Below, piece by piece: positions 37,526-44,871 of a stretch of 56,580 nucleotides of DNA (positions within the stretch are counted from its first letter, which is position 1; the number at the start of each line of letters is the position of its first letter). Below the pieces are notes generated by a model. It did not search any database. It was not told the origin of the DNA and saw only the letters and a list, made by a program, of their open reading frames with translations. Made by a program: the position numbers and the translations under genes. Origin of the DNA: an uncultured Candidatus Saccharimonas sp. (GTDB lineage: Bacteria; Patescibacteriota; Saccharimonadia; Saccharimonadales; Saccharimonadaceae); the NCBI GenBank assembly GCA_964466345.1, contig CAYXMZ010000001.1:1-56580 (forward strand), written 5' to 3'.

Positions 37526-37616
37526 ATCTGAAAGATTATAGCAAATTTCATGTGCCAAGTCTATAGATAGTTAGATTTTATATTATAAAAACTCTATTAA
37601 GTTTTAGGAAGGGGTC

Positions 37617-37646
37617 TTGCAAAATTAACTTGATAAAGCTTATACT
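37617..37646 (+). promoter_or_regulatory. putative promoter TTGCAA-18-TATACT, 8 nt upstream of the rpiB ATG
   Basis: TTGCAA at 37617-37622, TATACT at 37641-37646 and ATG at 37655. Confidence 0.5.
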
Positions 37647-37654
37647 TAGGTTAT

Positions 37655-38104
37655 ATGAAAATATTTATTGGAAGTGACCATCAAGGGTTTCAGTTAAAAG
37701 AAAAACTATTCGCTTATTTAGTCAAACGTGGCTATGATGTAGAGGACGTGGGTGATAAAGTACTTGATCCGAATGATGATTTTCCAGAATTTGCCCAAGC
37801 GGCGGCGCTGAAAATAATTGGTAGTGATGACAAAGATCCACGTGCGATTTTAATTTGTGGTGGAGGACAGGGGATGTGTATGGCGGCTAATCGTTTTCGT
37901 GGTATTAGAGCCAGTCTCGTTTGGGATGCATTTGAAGCAAAAATGACTCGAAACGATAATGATAGTAATGTGCTTTGTTTACCATCACGCACACTGAAAG
38001 ATGATGATGCGGCTTGGGAAGGAATAGTCGAAACTTGGTTGAGTACACCTTTTGCGGGAGCGGCACGATTTAAAAGGCGTAATGCGCAGATTGATAATAT
38101 CTAA
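37655..38104 (+). CDS. rpiB: ribose-5-phosphate isomerase B (RpiB/LacAB family)
   Basis: MKIFIGSDHQGFQLKE and ILICGGGQGMCMAANR (catalytic Cys region). Confidence 0.9.
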   Translation: MKIFIGSDHQGFQLKEKLFAYLVKRGYDVEDVGDKVLDPNDDFPEFAQAAALKIIGSDDKDPRAILICGGGQGMCMAANRFRGIRASLVWDAFEAKMTRNDNDSNVLCLPSRTLKDDDAAWEGIVETWLSTPFAGAARFKRRNAQIDNI

Positions 38105-38748
38105 TGAGCATAATTGTCCCTTGTATAACAGTCGAAATTGAAGACGAATACCATGCGACTATTGAGCGCTTTCAGTCATTTGCAACTAGAGTTCAAATAG
38201 ATATTAGTGATGGTGAGTTTGCGCCGGTCTTGTTATTACAGCCAGATAAACTAACTTGGCCATCAACATGGCAAGTAGATATTCACGTAATGGCATATCA
38301 TCCAGAAAAATATATTGATCAGCTAATAAAACTCAGGCCGAGCCTAATTATTCTACACGCTGAAGCAAAGGTTGATCTAAAACCTTTGTTTGCTCAAATT
38401 AAGCAATCTGGCATCAAAATTGGATTGGCGCTTCTTAAGACAACAGTGCCTTCAAGTGTAGAGGAATATATTAAAGTTGTAGATCACGTCTTGATATTTT
38501 CAGGTGATTTAGGTCACTATGGAGGCACAGCTAGTATGATGCAATTAGAAAAAGTACGTTTGGTTAGAGCAATCAATCCAAAAGTAGAGGTAGGTTGGGA
38601 TGGTGGTGTGAGTGTTGATAATGCATTTACTTTACGTCAAGGCGGGGTTGATGTGTTGAACACCGGTGGAGCCGTCAACAAAGCAGCTGATCCCGTGGGT
38701 GTTTATAATCAGCTTTTGGCTGAAGCCAATAAAGAGGGTGTGGTCTAA
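38104..38748 (+). CDS. rpe: ribulose-phosphate 3-epimerase-like TIM-barrel protein (divergent)
   Basis: It aligns with Rpe through VDIHVMAY (DVHLM) and VGWDGGV (EVDGGV). The first metal-ligand His context HFDVMD reads QIDISD. Confidence 0.6.
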   Translation: MSIIVPCITVEIEDEYHATIERFQSFATRVQIDISDGEFAPVLLLQPDKLTWPSTWQVDIHVMAYHPEKYIDQLIKLRPSLIILHAEAKVDLKPLFAQIKQSGIKIGLALLKTTVPSSVEEYIKVVDHVLIFSGDLGHYGGTASMMQLEKVRLVRAINPKVEVGWDGGVSVDNAFTLRQGGVDVLNTGGAVNKAADPVGVYNQLLAEANKEGVV

Positions 38749-38752
38749 TATA

Positions 38753-39601
38753 ATGGCAGAAAAATTATCGATTAAACAACTTGAAGACAAAGCAAAAGAA
38801 ATTCGCTTGGAAGTTATTAAAATGTTGAACGAGGCAGGTAGCGGTCATACTGCCGGTAGCTTAGGGATGGCCGACATCTTTACGGCGCTTTATTTTGATA
38901 TTATGAAATTTGACCCAACAAACCCTAATTGGAATGAAAGAGATATTCTTTTTTTGAGCAACGGACATATAGTTCCGGTTCAATATGCGGCGATGGCAGA
39001 GGCAGGTTTTTTTGATAAAACTGAGTTAACGAGTTTGCGAAAACTTGGCAGTCGCTTGCAAGGTCATCCTGAACGTGAAAAATTGCCAGGTCTTGAAAAT
39101 ACTAGCGGACCTTTGGGTAGTGGTTTATCTCAGGCTGCTGGAGTAGCATATGCTTTTCAATATCTTAATAAAAATCCACACCGGTTTGTTTATGTGACGA
39201 TGGGTGACGGTGAGTTGGACGAAGGAAATATTTGGGAAGCAGCTATGTTTGCTGGCAAATATAAACTTAGTCAGTTAATAGCATTTATTGATAGAAATAA
39301 TATTCAAATTGATGGAGAAACCGAGCAGGTAATGCCTCTTGAAGATTTGAGACTCAAGTGGGAAGCTTTTGGTTGGCGTGTAATTGAAATTGACGGGAAT
39401 AATATGCGTGCAATCATTGACGCAGTTAGTCTAGCCAAGGCCGTAACTAATAGGCCGTGTGTTGTCATTGCTTACACTGTACCGGGAAAAGGCGCTAAGT
39501 TTATGGAATATGACTACAAATGGCACGGTGTAGCGCCAAATGCCGAACAGGCCGAAAAAGCTATAAATGAAATAAATAAATCAGAGGTAAGCAATGAGTA
39601 A
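38753..39601 (+). CDS. tkt: transketolase, N-terminal (TPP pyrophosphate-binding) subunit
   Basis: GSGHTAGSLGMADI, GHP and GDGELDEGNIWEA. The split two-gene form is present. ATG at 38753 removes the track's overlap with rpe. Confidence 0.9.
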   Translation: MAEKLSIKQLEDKAKEIRLEVIKMLNEAGSGHTAGSLGMADIFTALYFDIMKFDPTNPNWNERDILFLSNGHIVPVQYAAMAEAGFFDKTELTSLRKLGSRLQGHPEREKLPGLENTSGPLGSGLSQAAGVAYAFQYLNKNPHRFVYVTMGDGELDEGNIWEAAMFAGKYKLSQLIAFIDRNNIQIDGETEQVMPLEDLRLKWEAFGWRVIEIDGNNMRAIIDAVSLAKAVTNRPCVVIAYTVPGKGAKFMEYDYKWHGVAPNAEQAEKAINEINKSEVSNE

Positions 39602-40592
39602 TTATGCGCTGAATCCTAAAGTTTATGACGGTGAAATTGAGACTGATAAAATTCGTGCCGGTTTTGGTCGTGGATTAAAGGTTGCGGGGCAAAACAACGA
39701 ACAAGTTGTGGCTTTGTGTGCCGATTTAACCGACAGTATTCAGTTTGATTTGTTTTCCAAAGAATTTAAAGATAGATTTATTCAAATTGGTATAGCTGAG
39801 CAAAACTTAGTGACGGTAGCGAGCGGTTTAGCGTTAGTTGGTAAAATACCCTTTGCTGGTAGTTACGCAGCCTTTAGTCCTGGTCGTAATTGGGAGCAAA
39901 TTAAAACAACTATTGCCTTGAATAATCAACCAGTTAAAATTATTGGTGGACACGCAGGTTTGGTCACTGGTCCGGATGGAGCTACTCACCAAATGTTAGA
40001 AGATATAGCTTTAATGCGCGCGATGCCGAATATGATCGTAGTAGTTCCGGGAGACGCCATAGAAGCCGAAAAAGCTACATTAGCTATTGCTCAAAATGGT
40101 AAACCAAGTTATTTAAGGTTATCTCGTCCAGCAGTGCCGACCTTTAGCGTAATTGATTCACCGTTCGAAGTTGGAAAAGCATACGTGCTACGTGATGGAC
40201 GCGACGTAAGTTTGATAGGCTGTGGAATATTAACTTATCAATTATTGAAAGCGGCGCAGTTATTGAGTCAGCAGGGAATCGAAGCCGAAGTGGTGCACAG
40301 CCCAACAATTAAACCACTTGATGATGATACGGTTATTGAAACTGCTCGTAGAACTGGTCGTATAGTAACGGCTGAAGAAGCGCAAATAATTGGAGGTCTT
40401 GGTGGTGCGGTTTCAGAAGCTTTAGGTGCTAAGCTGCCTACACCAATTTTACGAATTGGTGTAAATGATCGTTACGGTGAAAGTGGCGAGAGCGATGAGC
40501 TGATTAAGTATTTTGGATTAGATTTTGAGTCTATAGCTCGCAGGGTTTCTGAATTTGTAAGTAATACACCTCAGTACCATAGAGATTATTAA
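39594..40592 (+). CDS. tkt: transketolase, C-terminal (pyrimidine-binding + C-domain) subunit
   Basis: GIAEQNLVTVASGLA, GPDGATHQMLEDIALMR and IKPLD. Confidence 0.9.
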   Translation: MSNYALNPKVYDGEIETDKIRAGFGRGLKVAGQNNEQVVALCADLTDSIQFDLFSKEFKDRFIQIGIAEQNLVTVASGLALVGKIPFAGSYAAFSPGRNWEQIKTTIALNNQPVKIIGGHAGLVTGPDGATHQMLEDIALMRAMPNMIVVVPGDAIEAEKATLAIAQNGKPSYLRLSRPAVPTFSVIDSPFEVGKAYVLRDGRDVSLIGCGILTYQLLKAAQLLSQQGIEAEVVHSPTIKPLDDDTVIETARRTGRIVTAEEAQIIGGLGGAVSEALGAKLPTPILRIGVNDRYGESGESDELIKYFGLDFESIARRVSEFVSNTPQYHRDY

Positions 40593-40606
40593 TAAGGAGA
40601 AATATT

Positions 40607-41524
40607 ATGAGTTTAAGTATTGAGCAGATTCGTGAAAATGTTGTAAAAGCACGTGAGTTAATGAAACGTAGCTGTGATGAACGTTTTGCCGTAGGCGCTT
40701 TTAATGCAGACAATCAAGACGTTTTAGTTGCGATTGCTCGCGCTGCTCAAAAAAATAATTCACCAGTTATAGTTGAAGTTACATATGACGAAGTTAGCGT
40801 AATGGGTATAAATAACGTTCGTTCTATGGTTGATAATTACAAACAAGAATATGGCATTGAAATGTACATCAATCTTGATCATGGCCGTTCCGTAGAAATG
40901 TCAAAACAAGCAATCGATGCGGGATTTGAATTTGTTCATATAGATGTTTGCCAAGCTAATCATGATGCTACGATGGATGAAATAATTTCTCAAACTTGTG
41001 AAGTAGTTGAATATGCAAAAAAAACTGGCGCAATTGTCGAAGGCGAGCCTCGTCAATTTGGTGGTAGCAGTAATTTGCACACTGAGACGATTAATTACGA
41101 AGAGATTAAGAAGTTTTTTACAAAACCCGAAGAAGCTCGAGATTTTATAGACAAAACTGGTATAAATACTTTTGCAGTAGCTATAGGAAACCTTCATGGT
41201 AAATATCCTGTACCAAAGATATTAGATATTGAATTGCTGAAACAAATTCGCTTTGCTATTCAAGAGGAGGCTTTCATTAGTCTGCATGGTGGTAGCGGTA
41301 CACCAGAAGAGTATTTTACACAAGCAGCTCAGAATGGTGTGAACAAAATAAATATCAATAGTGATATTCGCTATGCTTATAGAACTGGTTTAGAAAAAAT
41401 TTTGCGAGACAATCCGGATCAATATGCGATTGCAAAAATTATAGAACCTGTGCGACAGAGTGTACAGACAGTGATTGAAGAAAAAATTGCTATGCTTGGT
41501 TCGCAAGGCAAGGCTCGGATTTAA
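40607..41524 (+). CDS. fba: class II fructose/tagatose-bisphosphate aldolase
   Basis: FAVGAFN, LDHG, IGNLHGKY and LHGGSG zinc/substrate motifs. An AAGGAG Shine-Dalgarno lies upstream. Confidence 0.88.
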   Translation: MSLSIEQIRENVVKARELMKRSCDERFAVGAFNADNQDVLVAIARAAQKNNSPVIVEVTYDEVSVMGINNVRSMVDNYKQEYGIEMYINLDHGRSVEMSKQAIDAGFEFVHIDVCQANHDATMDEIISQTCEVVEYAKKTGAIVEGEPRQFGGSSNLHTETINYEEIKKFFTKPEEARDFIDKTGINTFAVAIGNLHGKYPVPKILDIELLKQIRFAIQEEAFISLHGGSGTPEEYFTQAAQNGVNKININSDIRYAYRTGLEKILRDNPDQYAIAKIIEPVRQSVQTVIEEKIAMLGSQGKARI

Positions 41525-42603
41525 GAATTATCTCTTTTTGATTCAATAGCTGTAAGTAGGGAATCAAATGAAGCTTTAAATTTGTTAACACCTTCAGTTT
41601 CTAGTTTATTACTAACATCGGATAAATCGATGCCAAGATTTTTGACGGATTGTATAGTTTTGTATGCTTGGTCAATATCTACCATACTGACGGTTTGAGT
41701 TTTTTGTGGTAAGTGATCAAGAATAGCCTCGATAGTTTTTTCTGGGAGAGTATTTACGGTCAGAGGTAATAATAAATTAGCTACATATAAAAGATCGCTA
41801 TATTCAGGATTTTTAGTTGAAGTAGAAGCAAGTAATAATCGCTGAACTGATGGTCCATGAGCGTCGATGACAGCTTCTTTGCCGAGTCTTTCAAGAAATA
41901 CGTCATATGCCATAATTGTTTGGGCAACAGCCGTTTTACCTCTTAATTCTAGTGCTTGTGGAGTAGCAATTGAATTGAGCGTTTTATCAATTTCGTTGTC
42001 GACACGGCTTACAAACAATGAAGCAACGCTTCGTGCTTGGTTGCCCGAGCCAGTCATGTGAGTATCTTTGAATGCGGTTATTACTTCTTGATATCTATCT
42101 AGTCCAAAGAGTAAGGTGACGTTAACGTTGATGCCAGCAGACAAAAGTTCGCGTATAGCTGGGATACCCGCAGGTGTAGCCGGGACTTTTATAAACAGAT
42201 TTTGTACACCAACTTCTTGCCAAAGGGCTTTTGCTTGCTTGATTGTTCCTTCTGTGTCATCGGCTAGATTAGGCGATACCTCTAGCGATACGTAGCCATC
42301 TTCTTTGTTTGAGCTCTCGTACAGAGGCAGAAAAGCCTTAGATGCGGCTTGAATATCCGCAATGCTTAATTTAAAAAATATTTCTTCATTATTCAATCCC
42401 CGTGCAATGTATTCACGTATATCTTGATCGTAATCAGAACTCTCGGTTATCGCTTTTTCTAGAATAGTTGGATTAGAAGTCAAACCTCTAATGCCAGAGT
42501 TGATATATTGTTGAAGGCGACCAGAATTTATTAAATTTCTCGATAAATTATCTAGCCAAGGGCTTTGTTGATGTAATTGGTGTAGTTTTTCTAAGTTTGT
42601 CAT
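41521..42603 (-). CDS. tal: transaldolase (long, actinobacterial-type family)
   Basis: QSPWLDNLSR, GLTSNPTI and the KVPAT (IKVPATPAG) Schiff-base lysine region. Its stop codon overlaps the fba stop (TTAA). Confidence 0.9.
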   Translation of the reverse strand: MTNLEKLHQLHQQSPWLDNLSRNLINSGRLQQYINSGIRGLTSNPTILEKAITESSDYDQDIREYIARGLNNEEIFFKLSIADIQAASKAFLPLYESSNKEDGYVSLEVSPNLADDTEGTIKQAKALWQEVGVQNLFIKVPATPAGIPAIRELLSAGINVNVTLLFGLDRYQEVITAFKDTHMTGSGNQARSVASLFVSRVDNEIDKTLNSIATPQALELRGKTAVAQTIMAYDVFLERLGKEAVIDAHGPSVQRLLLASTSTKNPEYSDLLYVANLLLPLTVNTLPEKTIEAILDHLPQKTQTVSMVDIDQAYKTIQSVKNLGIDLSDVSNKLETEGVNKFKASFDSLLTAIESKRDNS

Positions 42604-42640
42604 TTGTCTTTATTGTAGCAGATAGTTTATAATAATGCAT

Positions 42641-43612
42641 ATGGTTAAAGTAAAAATTTGTGCTTTAGGCTCTGCTTCACAAGACGTTTTTATATCAGGT
42701 AAGGGTATAGAAGCAAAATTTGATGCCAAAAATAATGAATATGTTGAGGAATTAAAATTAGGGGCAAAACTAAATGTTGACAAAATAGAATTTGCTACGG
42801 GAGGTGGGGCGACTAATGCAGCCACGACTTTTGCTAGACAAGGCTTAGAAAGCTCGTTTATAGGCAGGCTTGGTAGAGACGTGTCTGCTCAAAATGTTAT
42901 TGCTGAGCTTGACCAAGAAAATATCGATAGCTCGGATGTTATTTATGATTCAAAAGATAAAACACAATACTCGACTGTTTTATTAGCCGAAAATGGTGAA
43001 AGAACGATATTAATATACAGAGGGGCTTCGGATGACCATAAGCTTAGCGAATATCAGGAAATAGATTTTAGAAAATTTGATTGGTTGTATGTATCTAGTT
43101 TCGGCGGAGCGGTTGAAGTTTTGGATTTTATATTTAGTGAAGCGCACGCGAAAGGCGTTAAAATATTTTTTAATCCTGGCGCTCTAGAATTAAAACAAGC
43201 AGAAAAACTAAAAGGATTGCTCGAAGACGTCAACGTTTTGCTAGTTAATAAAGAAGAAGCTCAAACTATTGTCAACGGACAAACATTGGAAGAACTAGTG
43301 CGAAAGCTCAAAAATTATGTTGACGTGGCTATTATTACAGATGGACCAAACGGTTTAATTGGAACTGACGGCAGAACTGTCGTACGAGCTGGAATGTATG
43401 AAGATGTGAAAGTCGTTGATCGCACTGGAGCAGGTGATGCTTTTGGCTCAGGTTTTTTAAGCCAATGGGCTTCGGGAAGGTCATTAAAAGACTCAATTTT
43501 GTTTGGTAGCGCCAATTCTACTTCAGTCGTAACCAAAATTGGCGCAAAATCTGGAATATTGCAAAGAAGTGTCCGACTTCACGAAATGCCAATGGACGAA
43601 AAATCTTTTTAG
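42641..43612 (+). CDS. PfkB/ribokinase-family sugar (phosphate) kinase
   Basis: GGGATNAA N-terminal motif and DRTGAGDAFGSGFL C-terminal motif. ATG at 42641 lies 7 nt after TATAAT at 42628-42633. Confidence 0.85.
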   Translation: MVKVKICALGSASQDVFISGKGIEAKFDAKNNEYVEELKLGAKLNVDKIEFATGGGATNAATTFARQGLESSFIGRLGRDVSAQNVIAELDQENIDSSDVIYDSKDKTQYSTVLLAENGERTILIYRGASDDHKLSEYQEIDFRKFDWLYVSSFGGAVEVLDFIFSEAHAKGVKIFFNPGALELKQAEKLKGLLEDVNVLLVNKEEAQTIVNGQTLEELVRKLKNYVDVAIITDGPNGLIGTDGRTVVRAGMYEDVKVVDRTGAGDAFGSGFLSQWASGRSLKDSILFGSANSTSVVTKIGAKSGILQRSVRLHEMPMDEKSF

Positions 43613-43623
43613 GAATATATGCT

Positions 43624-44118
43624 ATGGATAGTTTTTTACAAAACATTTTAGGAATTAAAACACCGTTATTTTCTAGCGGAATGACTAAACTCGAAAAAGC
43701 TACTGGACATAGTGCGATAGACGTTCGTTTAATTGTCGATATTAATTCTCGTAAGACTCAGATTTTATGCGAGCTAGGTCTTGATCCTCGCGACACTACT
43801 GGTAGGGAAATGTATGCAGCGTTGATGTCGGCTGTAAAACAAGATAATATCGAAACTTTACTAGGGGAGAGTGACTATGTTTTGGCGGTTATTGGTAAGG
43901 ATATTATATCTCTTAATTTGATTGATGTTATTGAAAATTATCATTATCAACTTAAGTACGAAGATCGATGTCTTAAACATGGACGACGTAGTTTGTGTGG
44001 AGAAATTGTTAATCGTTATATTTCACACTCTCGTACCAACAACAAAACGGTATTGGAAATTGCACGTAACATAGAGCTTATTAATGATAAAACGTGTTAT
44101 AATAACCATAAGAATTAA
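43624..44118 (+). CDS. hypothetical protein (164 aa), no family recognised
   Basis: A long ORF in a coding-dense context with an AGGA ribosome-binding site. I could name no motif. Confidence 0.5.
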   Translation: MDSFLQNILGIKTPLFSSGMTKLEKATGHSAIDVRLIVDINSRKTQILCELGLDPRDTTGREMYAALMSAVKQDNIETLLGESDYVLAVIGKDIISLNLIDVIENYHYQLKYEDRCLKHGRRSLCGEIVNRYISHSRTNNKTVLEIARNIELINDKTCYNNHKN

Positions 44119-44136
44119 AAGCGGGGGGATTATTAG

Positions 44137-44757
44137 GTGAGGTATCAAATTGGAGTGTCGGGTGCAGCTAGTGGCGAAACAGTTGAGGCCTCGCATCAGT
44201 TAGCTTATGACGTTGGTAAAGCTATAGCTAAATATAATAAAACTTTGCTAACAGGCGCAACAAAGGGTTTGCCTTGGTTTGCTGCTTATGGATTTTCTTC
44301 TGTGAAAAAATCTGAACGCAAAGGTTTTTCGATTGGATTTTCACCAGCAGTGTCTTTTCGAGAACACGTAAATGTTTATCGTTTGCCAACAGAAATTTTT
44401 GATTATATTAATTTTTCTGGTGGTGATTATGTTGGTCGTAACAGTTATTTAATACGAAGTAGTGACGCCGTTATTACTATAGGCGGTCGACTAGGAACTC
44501 TTAACGAGTTTACCACTGCACTTGAAAGCAATATACCAGTAGGCGTTTTATTAGGAAGCGGAGGAACTGCAGATCTTGTTCCAACGTTAGAAACAGTATT
44601 AGAGGTTCCTCAAAAACACGACATTGTTTATGATACCGATCCAGAAAGACTAGTTAAAAAAATCATCAAACTACTAGATGAATATTATGCTGACTTTAAA
44701 CATAATGGTAACGGTGAGACCGAAAAAGTTCTCGAAAAATTTCCTTGTCACAAATAA
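44137..44757 (+). CDS. LOG/SLOG-superfamily Rossmann-fold protein (TIGR00725-like)
   Basis: IGVSGAASG N-terminal glycine loop, GGRLGTLNE (GGxGTxxE-type LOG motif) and GSGGTAD. GTG start after a GGGGGGA ribosome-binding site. Confidence 0.6.
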   Translation: MRYQIGVSGAASGETVEASHQLAYDVGKAIAKYNKTLLTGATKGLPWFAAYGFSSVKKSERKGFSIGFSPAVSFREHVNVYRLPTEIFDYINFSGGDYVGRNSYLIRSSDAVITIGGRLGTLNEFTTALESNIPVGVLLGSGGTADLVPTLETVLEVPQKHDIVYDTDPERLVKKIIKLLDEYYADFKHNGNGETEKVLEKFPCHK

Positions 44758-44810
44758 CCTGAATAAACACAAAAAATTCTATTAGCTTGTAGGTAATTTA
44801 ATTATTTTAA

Positions 44811-44847
44811 GCTTATTTTAATATCTTATTAAGAATAAGCGAATAAG
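44811..44847 (+). repeat. cluster of four AATAAG/CTTATT heptamer copies upstream of the uvrB promoter
   Basis: GCTTATT at 44811-44817, TCTTATT at 44824-44830, GAATAAG at 44833-44839 and GAATAAG at 44841-44847. The middle pair forms CTTATT-AAG-AATAAG. Confidence 0.6.
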
Positions 44848-44871
44848 TAGTAACTATTATATAATTAACTG

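Noticed and set aside
38666-38752. N-terminal extensions proposed by the ORF track: 38666 for tkt-N, 151 for serS, 51388 for proS, 50744 for the CPBP protease, 52824 for greA, 30459 for parA, 11241 for ctp and 20777 for rnhA.
   Set aside because: The extensions overlap the preceding gene or add residues that do not align with the family N-terminus. Internal ATG or GTG codons with a ribosome-binding site, or a TAATG/ATGA junction, give canonical N-termini.
41521-41524. The convergent fba (+) and tal (-) genes share overlapping stop codons (TTAA), leaving no intergenic terminator.
   Set aside because: This is real but a trivial consequence of genome compaction. I can infer no functional element from it.
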